NCBI RefSeq assembly: GCF_006517175.1
Contig: NZ_CP041186.1
Coordinates: 3,125,074 to 3,189,073 of the forward strand
Reading direction: 5' to 3'
DNA: 64,000 nucleotides
Source: Persicimonas caeni
GTDB lineage: Bacteria > Myxococcota_A > Bradymonadia > Bradymonadales > Bradymonadaceae
Shown: positions 48,970 to 59,000 of the stretch, piece after piece
Layout: the number at the start of each line of letters is the position of its first letter
Numbering within the stretch: the stretch's first letter is position 1
Program-made: the position numbers and the translations under genes
Notes under the pieces: generated by a model
Told to the model about the DNA's origin: nothing
Database searches by the model: none
What the model saw: the letters and a program-made list of their open reading frames with translations, nothing else

Positions 48970-49968
48970 ATGGCCGCCATGAAATACGCCATCACACTCG
49001 TCATACTCGCCGCCGGTCTCACCCTCGCCACAGGTTGCGGCTCCGATGCCGACTCCACGCAGCAGAACACGGGCGACGCCGGCCAATCCGATACAACTCA
49101 GACCGATACAAACCAGCCTGACACGAATCAGCAGGACGCAGGCGGCGACGCGGCGCTCGCGCCGCCGTGGGATGCGAGCGCGCCGTTGGGCGGCGACCGT
49201 CCGGCGCGGGTGATCTTGCCCAACGCCTACGACCGCACGCAGAGCTGGCCGCTGGTCGTGTTGCTGCACGGGTACACGGCCACCGGGCCGCTGCAGGATG
49301 CCTATTTCGGGTTGAGCCGGCGTGGCGACGAGCGTGGGTTTATCACCGTGCTGCCCAACGGGACGCAGGACGGGGCGGGCAACCGGTTTTGGAACGCGAC
49401 CGACGCGTGCTGCAACTTCGGGGGGAGCAGCGTCGACGACGTGCAGTACCTGAGTGACCTGCTCGCCGAGGCCAAAGAGCGCCTGGCGGTCGACGCCGAC
49501 CGGGTCTACTTCATGGGGCACTCCAACGGCGGGTTCATGAGCTACCGGATGGCCTGCGAGCTCGGCTCCGAGATCGCGGCCATCGCCAGCCTGGCGGGCA
49601 GCGCGTTCGACGACGCGCAGGATTGCGCCGAGAACGGGCAGGTGGGCGTGCTGCAGATCCACGGCGACGCCGACGAGACCGTGCTGTACGACGGCGGCCA
49701 ATTCGCCGGCAACGCCTACCCCGGCGCGCGCGAGGTCGCCGAGCGCTGGGCGGCCAGAAACGGCTGCGACGCCCAGGCGCAGACCGGCGAGGCGGCCGAT
49801 CTCGACAAGGATGTCGACGGCGCCGAGAGCGATATCGAGCAGTGGGGTGGGTGCGAGGCCGACCGGCGCGTGGAGCTGTGGAGCATCCGCGGCGGCGGGC
49901 ATATCCCGAGCCTGAGCGACGATTTTACCGACCGGGTGCTCGACTTTTTGTTCGCGCACAGCCGATGA
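48970..49968 (+). CDS. Secreted alpha/beta-hydrolase, PHB-depolymerase-type esterase lipoprotein
   Basis: Signal plus lipobox (ITLVILAAGLTLATGCGSD), T/Q/D-rich linker, nucleophile elbow GHSNGG and the esterase core VVLLHGY...FMGHSNGGFMSY. Confidence 0.75.
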   Translation: MAAMKYAITLVILAAGLTLATGCGSDADSTQQNTGDAGQSDTTQTDTNQPDTNQQDAGGDAALAPPWDASAPLGGDRPARVILPNAYDRTQSWPLVVLLHGYTATGPLQDAYFGLSRRGDERGFITVLPNGTQDGAGNRFWNATDACCNFGGSSVDDVQYLSDLLAEAKERLAVDADRVYFMGHSNGGFMSYRMACELGSEIAAIASLAGSAFDDAQDCAENGQVGVLQIHGDADETVLYDGGQFAGNAYPGAREVAERWAARNGCDAQAQTGEAADLDKDVDGAESDIEQWGGCEADRRVELWSIRGGGHIPSLSDDFTDRVLDFLFAHSR

Positions 49969-49977
49969 GGAGCGAAA

Positions 49978-50170
49978 AAGCTAACGAGCGAAGCAGGGAA
50001 TGAGCGAAGAAGGGAATGAGCGAAGAAGGGAATGAGCGAAGAAGGGAATGAGCGAAGAAGTGAATGAGCGAAGAAGGGAATGAGCGAAAAAGAGAATGAG
50101 CAGAACAGGTAATGAGCGAAAAAAGGAATGAGCGAAAAAGGGAATGAGCAGAACAGGTAACGAGCAAAAA
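49978..50170. repeat. Tandem array of about 12 copies of a 16-bp unit (gaatgagcgaagaagg) with 3' degeneration
   Basis: Directly visible perfect copies, then diverged copies (gaatgagcgaaaaaga, gaatgagcagaacagg). Confidence 0.9.
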
Positions 50171-50303
50171 AGGCGCGCAAATTCTGCCTACGCGGCGCGC
50201 TGACGAAAATATTGCCTACCTCGAACGGCGCTGGAGACCTCTCTAGCGCCGTTTTTCGTGGCACACGCCTTGCATCGCCTTTCTACGGTTTAAATCCACC
50301 CCG

Positions 50304-50472
50304 ATTAAGTAACTGCACGGAGATTGTGCGGGAAAGCTCGGCGAGCAATCGGCGGCAAGCACAAGGAGACAGCCCGCAGGCGATGCCAGCGGCATCGTCG
50401 AGGGATGGCGACGCAGTGATTGGCGTCGAGAGCCGCCGAGATGACCGGCAGAATCTTCGTGTAGTTACTTAA
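50304..50472. repeat. MITE-like element family E, inverted copy
   Basis: ttaagtaactgcacggagattgtgcgg ... ccggcagaatcttcgtgtagttacttaa. The internal sequence is the reverse complement of the 48727-48837 interior. Confidence 0.75.
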
Positions 50473-50489
50473 CCAAGATGAGGTAAGGC

Positions 50490-50885
50490 ATGGCATTTAT
50501 CGACTGGAAAGAATCGTACAACACCGGCGTTGGCCCCATCGACGAGCAGCACCAGAAGCTCGTCGAGCTCATCAACGAGCTGCACTCGGCGATGAAGCAG
50601 GCCAAGAGCAAAGAAGTCATCGGCGACGTGATCGGTGAGCTGGCCAAGTACACCCAGTATCACTTCACCGACGAAGAGAAGTACATGCAGCGGGCCAACT
50701 ACCCGAAGCTGCTCGAGCACAAAAAGGAGCACGACGACTTCGTGGCCCACGTCAGCGATTACAAAGGCCGCTTCGACCGCGGCGAGGTGATGCTGTCGAT
50801 CGACGTGCTCAACTTCTTGCAGGATTGGCTCGTCGACCACATCGAGGGCAGCGACCAGGATTACGTCAGCTACGTCAAAGGCTGA
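50490..50885 (+). CDS. Bacteriohemerythrin
   Basis: 131-aa ORF with hemerythrin signatures (WKESYNTGVGPIDEQHQKL, HFTDEEKYM, EHKKEHDDF, LQDWLVDHI). Confidence 0.85.
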   Translation: MAFIDWKESYNTGVGPIDEQHQKLVELINELHSAMKQAKSKEVIGDVIGELAKYTQYHFTDEEKYMQRANYPKLLEHKKEHDDFVAHVSDYKGRFDRGEVMLSIDVLNFLQDWLVDHIEGSDQDYVSYVKG

Positions 50886-51151
50886 CGTTCACGAGTACGT
50901 CTGACCTCTTCGGAGCGTCGGCGTATCGCTGCGCAGCGCGCCCTCACCGCGCTGCGCGGCTCTTGCTTGCTGTCCGCACGCACTTGCTTTCCGCACGCAC
51001 CTGCCCCCCTGCATCCTTTAGAACGCCCGAGTCCTTCGGAAAGCCCCCGCCTCGGCGCATCGCTTTTGAATATCGACGGTCGCGACACGTCTCACCGGCC
51101 CCTGCCGGATTTTGCTCGTGTTGATGATTGACTTGTTTGGGACCGATTCAA

Positions 51152-53254
51152 ATGCGCTACCGTGCTTGTTGTGCCGCCCTCGGTTTATTCGCCCTACTCA
51201 CTGTGTCCGCCGGATGCTCCGAGGATTCGGGCGGCGGGACGGACGCGCCGCTCGACGGCGGGTCCGGTGCGGACGCCGCGGCTGACGTGGGCGACGTCGG
51301 CGACGACGCAGCCGACACGTCCGATCCGGGCGACACCGGCGTCGACGCGACCGATGCGGCGGACGCCGACAGTTCGTCCGACTCCGGGGATGCGGCCGAC
51401 GCCTCCGACACCGCGGAGGACGTCGAAGAGGACACCACGCCCGCCGCCGAGTGCGGCAACGGCGTGCGCGAAGAGGGCGAGGCGTGCGACGGCGACGATA
51501 TCCCCGAGGCGTGCACGGGGTGGAGCGAGGCGGTGTCGTGCACGGCCAGCTGCGAGTTGACCCCGTGTCGGGGCAGGCTCACGATCACGCCGAGCACCCA
51601 GGGCCAGGTCGACCTGGCCAAGGTCACCGCGGACGGCCAGACGCTCTTCTTCTACACCTCGGCGGGCGGCGACCTCGTCGACTGGCACTCGCTCGATCTG
51701 GCGACCGGCAACGTCACCCCGGTGGCCTCGGGGCTCGACGAAGACTTCGCCGCCGTCTACCCGAGCTCCACCGGTGAGCACGCGGTGCTCTACGAGTTCT
51801 TGTCGCCCTTCAAGGTGTGGACGAAGTCGACCGGCGCGCTGGTCGACTTGACGGTCGATCCCGTCGAAGACCAGCTCTACGTGTACGACCACGCCCTGGC
51901 CTATCTCGAGGAGCGCGGCAACAGCCGCCGCGAGCACGCCCTGCATGTGTTCGACTACGCCAGCGGCCAGACCACCGAGGTGCTCGACAACGTCTACGAA
52001 CCGTACGGAAGGCTGCGGGTCAGCCCCGACGGGCGCTACATGGCGGTGTGGACGCAGGCGGACTTCGACGCCCCATTCGAGATGCACGTCGTCGACCTGA
52101 CCACCGCCAGCGTGCTGGCGAGCGACTCGAGCCGCGACACGGTGCGCGGGCGCTTCTCGCCGACCGGCGAGGCGTTCGTCTTCGAGAAGAACTCGGGCCT
52201 GGCGGTGTGGTTTGCGGCGACGAACACCATCGAGGAGGCCCCCAACGGCGGCGGCACCGTCCTGGAGGCGCGGTTCTCGCCCGACGGCTCGCTTCTGGCC
52301 TACGCCGACCCGGTCAACAGCACCAACAAGGACTACGAGAGCTGGTTGTGGGACTTGCAGGCCAACACCGACACCGCGTTGAGCGATCGAGCGGGCACGC
52401 GCTTCGACTTCTCGCCCGACGGCACCAAGCTGGCCCATTTGAGCACCCGCAGCCCGAGCTTGCGAGACAGCGCCGAGCTGCGCATTCGCGACCTGACCAC
52501 GCAGACCGATATCGTCGTGGCTGACGGCGTGGCCCACGAGCACGTCACCTGGAGCCCGTCGAGCGACGCGGTGGCCTTCGCCGACCCGACCTCCAACTAC
52601 ATCTACGCCGAAGAAGACTTGCGCGTCGCCGAGCTGGCCAACGGGGCGGCCACTGTCCACGACGTGACCCGCGGCGGCTCGGCCCGCGCGGTGTGGCACC
52701 CCGACTCCGAAGGCCTGTTCTGGATTACCGCCCAGAGCCAGGTGCAGAGCAAGCGCTTTGGCTACTGGCAGCGCGCCTCGCAGCAGACCACCGAGTTGCT
52801 CGACGAGTTGCGCCAGAGCTTTTCGGTGATCGTCAACGCCACCTGGGATCACGTCCTGGGCGTCTTCCCGGGCACCGGGCTCAACCCGGGCGCGCCCATC
52901 ACCGCCTTCGCCCCCGACACCCAGACGACCACCGAGCTGTCGGCCTCCGACCGCTTCCGCGCCGAGTGGTTCGACGGAGGTTCGCCCCACTCGGCCGCCT
53001 GGACCGGCCAGGGTCAGTGGTTGGGGCCGACCTCGCGGTTTGTGAGCTGGCGAGAGCGCGACGAGGAGTTCGACGGCACCGGCCCGCTGGACGTGTTCGA
53101 CCTGGCCACCGGCACCACCAGCAGCGTGCCGCTGCTGCTGAGCGATGAGGCCCGGCTCAACGACCACATGCACGGGTCGGACGCCGTGGCGGTCGTGGAG
53201 TTATACCGCCCGCAGTATACGAACACTTATACGTTCTGGATCTATCGGCCGTAG
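51152..53254 (+). CDS. Lipoprotein with acidic linker, Cys-rich module and TolB/WD40-like beta-propeller
   Basis: Signal plus lipobox (LGLFALLTVSAGCSED), a D/A/S/T-rich linker, an ECGNGVREEGEACDGDD Cys-rich module, then repeated (R)FSPDG...(L)A(Y/F) motifs typical of TolB-like propellers. Confidence 0.7.
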   Translation: MRYRACCAALGLFALLTVSAGCSEDSGGGTDAPLDGGSGADAAADVGDVGDDAADTSDPGDTGVDATDAADADSSSDSGDAADASDTAEDVEEDTTPAAECGNGVREEGEACDGDDIPEACTGWSEAVSCTASCELTPCRGRLTITPSTQGQVDLAKVTADGQTLFFYTSAGGDLVDWHSLDLATGNVTPVASGLDEDFAAVYPSSTGEHAVLYEFLSPFKVWTKSTGALVDLTVDPVEDQLYVYDHALAYLEERGNSRREHALHVFDYASGQTTEVLDNVYEPYGRLRVSPDGRYMAVWTQADFDAPFEMHVVDLTTASVLASDSSRDTVRGRFSPTGEAFVFEKNSGLAVWFAATNTIEEAPNGGGTVLEARFSPDGSLLAYADPVNSTNKDYESWLWDLQANTDTALSDRAGTRFDFSPDGTKLAHLSTRSPSLRDSAELRIRDLTTQTDIVVADGVAHEHVTWSPSSDAVAFADPTSNYIYAEEDLRVAELANGAATVHDVTRGGSARAVWHPDSEGLFWITAQSQVQSKRFGYWQRASQQTTELLDELRQSFSVIVNATWDHVLGVFPGTGLNPGAPITAFAPDTQTTTELSASDRFRAEWFDGGSPHSAAWTGQGQWLGPTSRFVSWRERDEEFDGTGPLDVFDLATGTTSSVPLLLSDEARLNDHMHGSDAVAVVELYRPQYTNTYTFWIYRP

Positions 53255-53545
53255 AGCTTGGAGGCAGCGCATCTTGCGCTGGGTGCATTGGCGCGCGCTC
53301 CTGCTACCAGCGCTGGAAGCGCTGCCTCCAAACGGCGCCGTAGAGCTTGGAGGCAGCGCATCTTGCGCTGGGTGCATTGGCGCGCGCTCCTGCTACCAGC
53401 GCTGGAAGCGCTGCCTCCGAACGGCGCTGGAAGCGCTGCCTCCAAACAGCGCCGTAGAGCTTGGAGGCAGCGCATTTTGCGCTGGTTGCATTGGCGCGCG
53501 CTCCTGCTACCAGCGCTGGAAGCGCTGCCTCCAAACGGCGGCGAC
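53247..53545. repeat. Tandem array of 3 copies of a about 92-114-bp palindromic unit (family D; gtagagcttggaggcagcgcatcttgcgctgggtgcattggcgcgcgctcctgctaccagcgctggaagcgctgcctccaaacggcgcc)
   Basis: Three consecutive near-identical copies. Each unit is itself an inverted repeat (ggaggcagcgc ... gcgctgcctcc). A related single unit lies at 55690-55775. Confidence 0.9.
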
Positions 53546-53646
53546 GGGACCGGAGCTCTCACCGAGTCGCCGCGCCACGGTTGTCGAGCGCGGCGACTCG
53601 ACGTAGGATGGGCGGTCCGGAATTGAAACTACGATGAGTGACGAAA

Positions 53647-54279
53647 ATGAAGAACAGAATCCCCTCGAAGCTCCATCTTCTGCTGATCCTCACCTTTGTG
53701 CTCGCCCTGGCCGCTTGCTCCGACGACGCGACGAGCGGCACGCAGACGAGCGACGTTGCCCTCGAAGAGGACGCCGCCTCGGCGTCGGACGCGAGCGATA
53801 TGGCCGCGCGAGACACGGATGAAAAAGATGCCGGCGAAGAGGATACCGGCGAGCAGGATGCGGGAGACGAGGATACCGGCGCGCAGGATGCGGGCGCGGA
53901 CGATACTGGCGTCCAGGATTCGGGCGCGGAAGATACCGGCGTCCAAGATTCGGGGACCCAGGATGTGGGTCAGCAGGATACCGGCCAGCAGGATACCGGC
54001 CAGCAGGACGCGGGCATCGACTCCGGCCTGAGCTGCACACCCGGCGACACCAAGCAGGTCGAATGCAACACCTGCACGTGCACCCAGCAGCAGGTGTGGA
54101 GTTGCACCAAGATGGCGTGCCCCGGCGGCCCGTACGACCCGTGCGAGAACAAGAGTTGCGGCGAGACCTGCACGCTGTGCGATCCCGCCGACCCCAACTG
54201 CAGCGAGACCGCCGTGGTCAAGTATTGCGACGAGAACGGCAACTGCAGCGCGCAGAACTCGCCGCAATGCAGCATTTGA
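53647..54279 (+). CDS. Cys-rich secreted lipoprotein with (DTGxQD)n acidic repeats
   Basis: Lipobox LTFVLALAACSDD, repeats EDTGEQDAGDEDTGAQDAGADDTGVQDSGAEDTGVQDSGTQDVGQQDTGQQDTGQQDAG, then a 14-Cys module (CTPGDTKQVECNTCTCTQQQVWSCTKMACPG...CDENGNCSAQNSPQCSI). A GTG at 53638 is an alternative start. Confidence 0.7.
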   Translation: MKNRIPSKLHLLLILTFVLALAACSDDATSGTQTSDVALEEDAASASDASDMAARDTDEKDAGEEDTGEQDAGDEDTGAQDAGADDTGVQDSGAEDTGVQDSGTQDVGQQDTGQQDTGQQDAGIDSGLSCTPGDTKQVECNTCTCTQQQVWSCTKMACPGGPYDPCENKSCGETCTLCDPADPNCSETAVVKYCDENGNCSAQNSPQCSI

Positions 54280-54282
54280 GGC

Positions 54283-55572
54283 TCACAGCTCCAAGTCGAC
54301 CCACACCAGGTGATGGTCGGAGACGTCGACGAGCTCGGCCTGCGGCTGGCCGGGCGCGGGCCAGAACACTCCGCTGTCGGTGACCGACAGGCCCTGTGAG
54401 GGCAGCGCGTAGTCGACGCGCAGGTTGCCCACGCGGCCGTCGCTGAAGTCGGCGGTGTCGAGCGCGTGGTCGCCTTCGTGCTCGGCGTTGGCCCGGCCCT
54501 GGTCTTCGCCGGCCTGCGCGCCGCCCTCGCTGGTGGGCTGCGGGTCCTGGGCGAAGGCGAGCAGGTCGACGAGCGCGCCGCGCCGGCTGTCGCCGTCTTT
54601 CGGGTCGGTGTTCAGATCTCCCACCACCACAAACTCGGCGCCGTCGGCGAGCCCGCCGGCCACGCCGCTATCGTCGACCAAATAGGCCGCCTGCTCGCCG
54701 CCGGTGACGTAGTCGAGCCACAGGCGAACCTCGTCGTGATTGCGCCGCCCGTTTCGGTCCTCGGGGCCGTCGAAGGCCGGCGGGGTCGGGTGACTCGCCA
54801 GCACGTGCACGGTCGTGCCGTCGATCTCGACGGGCACGTCGACGTGGTTCTTCGACGACAGGCGCATCACGTCCTTGGCCTCCTCCGAGTAGAAGTCGGC
54901 GGGCATCTGCGAGTCGGGCATCTCCTTCCACAAGAACTCTTGAAAGCTGCGGATCGCGTCGGTCGCGATGGGATAGCGCGAGTAGATGACCATGCCGTAT
55001 TGGCCCGTAAACTGGCCGTAGCCGTACGAGTCGTTGCCGTAGGCGTTGCTGCCCGGCTCGGTGGTCGCCTGGCCGTCGCCGTCGAGGTCGACGCCCGACG
55101 ACAGGCCGGTGTTGGTCGCCGGCACGTAGCGGTGGGCGTAGTCGAGGGCCTCTTGGCCGGCCTGGCCTACTGCCAAATACTCCTCTTGGAAGATCCGCGC
55201 GGCCTCGCCGTCGGCGTCCCAGTCGAACTCGTTGATGAGGACGACGTCGGGGCGCACGCGCTGCAGGACCTCGGCGACCTCTTTGGCCTGGGCGTCCTGG
55301 CCGCCGGCGAGGTCGTCGGCGAGTTGGCCGGCCTGCTGGCGGTAGAGCGAGGCGTTGTAGGTGGCGACGCGGACGGTGGTGGGGGCACTGGTGGTGTCTT
55401 GCTGGGTTGCGTCCTGCTGGGTTGCGTCCTGCTGGGTTGCGTCCTGCTCGGTCGTATCCTGCTCGCCGGCGTCGGCCTGGGCGTTGGAGTCGTCGACGGT
55501 GTTGTTCTCGCTGGCGCAGGCGGTCAGGGTGGCGCACAGGGCGAGGGTGAGGAGGTGGTGCTTGCGGATCAT
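54283..55572 (-). CDS. Secreted endonuclease/exonuclease/phosphatase (EEP) family lipoprotein
   Basis: Lipobox LALCATLTACASE, (QDAT)n linker, and EEP motifs (VRVATYNASL, VVLINEFDWD, VVGDLNTDPKDGDS, SDHHLVWVDLEL). Confidence 0.75.
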   Translation of the reverse strand: MIRKHHLLTLALCATLTACASENNTVDDSNAQADAGEQDTTEQDATQQDATQQDATQQDTTSAPTTVRVATYNASLYRQQAGQLADDLAGGQDAQAKEVAEVLQRVRPDVVLINEFDWDADGEAARIFQEEYLAVGQAGQEALDYAHRYVPATNTGLSSGVDLDGDGQATTEPGSNAYGNDSYGYGQFTGQYGMVIYSRYPIATDAIRSFQEFLWKEMPDSQMPADFYSEEAKDVMRLSSKNHVDVPVEIDGTTVHVLASHPTPPAFDGPEDRNGRRNHDEVRLWLDYVTGGEQAAYLVDDSGVAGGLADGAEFVVVGDLNTDPKDGDSRRGALVDLLAFAQDPQPTSEGGAQAGEDQGRANAEHEGDHALDTADFSDGRVGNLRVDYALPSQGLSVTDSGVFWPAPGQPQAELVDVSDHHLVWVDLEL

Positions 55573-55689
55573 GTTGTTTCTCGGGGGGTTGGGTGAGCTT
55601 GGCGGGGAGGACTATAAGGGAGGCGTGGGATTTTGGCGACCATTATCGTTTTTTTGGGGCGGGGACGCCCCTGAGGCTGTCACTAAAGG

Positions 55690-55775
55690 TCGCCATAGTT
55701 TGGAGGCAGCGCTTCTAGCGCTGGTTGCATGAGCGTACGGGCTTGCAACCAGGGCAAGATGCCCGGCCTCCAAAG
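55690..55775. repeat. Family-D single unit (gtttggaggcagcgcttctagcgctggttgcatgagcgtacgggcttgcaaccagggcaagatgcccggcctccaaa)
   Basis: Shares the ggaggcagcgc core with the 53247 array and the gggcaagatgccc motif with family C. Confidence 0.7.
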
Positions 55776-56009
55776 GCTTTCGCGACAGCCTCGTCCCCGA
55801 CCGCCGGGGTCCGTCTCGGGCCCCGCACGTGTTCGAGCAGGGCGTAGCTTGATGGGGCCCCCATCCACCTCGCGCTGTACGACGCGCGAGGCACCTTCCC
55901 CCGGGGGAAGGGATGTCCTTGCTTGTTTGCAAAGCGTTGGGTATTCGCTGGATTGTCGTCGTGGTGTTACAATCGCGCGGCGGGTGGCGGAGTTCGACGC
56001 GGGCAGAGG

Positions 56010-59000
56010 ATGTATTCAATATCGTGCGGTGCCTATGACCTCCACGAGGTCATCGGCGAAGGGGGAATGGCCCAGGTTTGGAGGGGCGTCCACCGAGCCA
56101 AAGGGGTGCCTGTGGCGGTCAAGGTGGTCACCGCGGGCAACTCGCTCGAGGCGGCCTACGTCGACAGCTTCGAGCGCGAGGTGCAGGCGGTCGCGGCGTT
56201 GAACCACCCCGGGATCGTGCGCGTGTTCGACTACGGGCGCATCAGCGAAGAGACCGCCCGCGGGCACGAGAGCCTGGCGGCCGGGAGTCCTTACCTGGTC
56301 ATGGAGCTGTTCGAGGCGGGCCCGCTCGAGCCGGGGCGCGCCATCACCAGTTGGGCGGAGGTGTGCGATTTTGCCTTCGCGCTGCTCGACGCGCTCGCTC
56401 ATGCCCATGCTCGCGGGGTCATCCACCGCGACATCAAGCCCGACAATATCCTGTGCGATGACGCAGGCTCCCCCACCCAGCCGAACCGAAACTATCCCAA
56501 TTCAACCTATACAAATAGGCGTCACTACAAGCTGAGCGATTTCGGCCTGGCGCACGCCGCCGAAGAAGGCGTCGGCGAGGCCGTGTCGGCGGGGACGCCG
56601 CAGTATATGCCCCCCGAGCAGCTCACCGGGCGCTGGCGAGACTTCGGCCCGTGGACAGATCTGTACGCGCTCGGGTGTCTGCTCTACGAGCTGGTGTGCG
56701 GCCGGCTGCCGTTCGACCACGAGAAGCTGTTGCGCATCGTGCACATGCAGATGCACGAGCCCTTGCCGCCCATCGAGCCGCGATTCGCGGTGCCCGCCGG
56801 CCTGGAGGCGTTTTTGCGCCGGATGGTGGCCAAGGAGCCGGCCAAGCGGTTTCGCCGGGCGGCCGACGCGGCCTTCGCGCTGGCGCAGCTCGAGGCGCCG
56901 GTGGCCCGAGTGGCTGCCCCGCCGATCGGGCCGCCGCCGTCGCAGATCGACACCGACGCCGACACGCTGATGGACACCTCGCCCGAGGCGTACACGGCGC
57001 TGCACGAGGGGCATTTGCCCACGCGGGTCTCCCACGACACGATGGCCGACCTGATCCAGACGGAGACGACGCGCGGCATGGCGACCTTGCCGCTTTGGGA
57101 GGGGCCGCTGATCGACGCATCGGCTCCGAAAACGTCGCCCGACACGTTAGTCGATGTCGAGGCGGCGCTCTCCAACTTCGAGCCGCCGCCGCCCCTTCCC
57201 GAGAGCTGGCGTCTGGCCGAGCCCGAGCAGAAGCTCAAGCAGCTCGACGGCACCGGGCTGGAGTTGTTCGGGCTGCGCGCGCTGCCGTTTGCGGGCCGCC
57301 AACTCGAGCGTGACGAGATGTGGCGGGTCTTTCGCGAGGTCTTCGAGACGCAGGGGCTGCGCGTGGTCAGCCTGCGCGGGCCGGCGGGCATCGGCAAGAG
57401 CAGCCTGGCCGAGTGGATGAGCCACCGGGTCGAGGAGATGGGCGCGGCCAACGCGCTCAAGGCGCTGCACAGCTCGCGAAGCGGGGCGAACGAGGGCGTG
57501 CCGGCGATGCTCGAGCGTTATTTCGGCGTCTGGCATTGCTCGCGCCAGCAGATCTACGAGCGCATCGTCGAGCGCCTCGAGTATGTGCGGCCTACTAGCG
57601 ACGGCGGCGCCGACGCCGACGTCGAGCAGGCCGAGGCGGACGACGAGTTGGCGCGCGCGCTCACCGAGATTATTCGCCCGGCGAAGTCCGACACCGACGA
57701 CGACGGCCCCACCTACCAGTTCTCCAGCCACGGCGAGCGCTACGCCACCGTGCGCAAGCTGCTCGAGCGACTCGGCTCGGAGCGGCCGGTGTTGATGTGG
57801 CTCGACGACGCCGTGCGCAGTCAGATGGCGCTCGGATTCGTGCGCTACCTGATGGAGCACGACAGCACGCTGCCCATTTTGATCGTGCTGACCTCGTCGA
57901 ACGAGACGGCCACCGAGAACACGGTGGCGGCGGGTTATCTGCGAGAGATCGAAGAGGACGACCGGGTCGACCGCCTCGACCTGCGGCCGATGGACACCGC
58001 CGCGATGGGCGAGCTGATCGGCCAGGCCTTGCGCCTCGACGACGCGTTGGTCGCGCGCCTGCAGCGCCGCGCCCAGGGCTTGCCGCTGTACGTGACCCAG
58101 CTCCTGGGCGACTGGGTCAGCCAGGGTGCGCTCGTCGACGGCGAGGCCGGGTTTCGGCTGCGCGAGGACGGCGCGGAGGCCTTTCCGGTGAGCATCGCCG
58201 AGCTGTGGGACCGGCGTATCGAGCGGCTCTTGGGCCGGTTCGACGCCGCGCGTCGCGACGGGTTCGAGATCGCGCTCGAGCTCGCCGCCACGCTCGGCCA
58301 CCAGATCGACCAGGCCGAGTGGCTCGCCGCGTGTGAAGCGCGCGGGATCTCGGGCGCCAAGCAGCTCTTGGCGGCCATGTTCGACGAGAACCTCGCCCGG
58401 CTGACCGCCCCGGGCGCGCTCTTCGCCCACGAATTGCTCACCGACAGGCTGGTGCAGCGCGCTCAGGAGGCCGGACGCACCCGCCAGAACCACCGCGCCT
58501 GCGCCCGAGCCCTCGAGCAGGTCTACCCGCCCAGCGACGTGGAAGCTGCGGTGCGAAGCGCGCGCCACCTGATGGACGCCCACGCCCTCGATGACGCCCT
58601 CGACAAGCTCGAGGCGACGCTGTTGCACCTGCGCGAGTCGGGCGATGCATCGGCGGCGATGTCGCTGCTCGACCGATGCAAGAAGGCCGCCGACCGACTG
58701 GGGCTGGACGAGAACCACCGCCGCAGGGCGCGCCACGCATGGCTTCGCGGCCACTTCTTGCTCATGCGCGGCGAGCTACGCGAGGCGCAGCGCTGCGCCC
58801 AGCAGGCCATCGAGTCCGCCGAGCGCCACGAGTGGCATAACGAAGCCGGCCACGCCCGGATCATCGAGGGCCGCTCGCTGATGGGCCAGCTCGAGCTCGA
58901 CGCCGCGATGGAGAGCTACAAAAAGGCGACGCGTCATTTCGAGGCCACCAAGGATCGCGAGGGGCTCGCCCGCGCGAAGTTCGGCAAGGGCGTCGTTCAC

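Noticed and set aside
53247-53545. Possible CRISPR array (regular about 100-bp repeats)
   Set aside because: The units are directly adjacent with no unique spacers, are much longer than CRISPR repeats, are internally palindromic over their whole length, and no cas genes are nearby. It is a REP/BIME-like tandem array.
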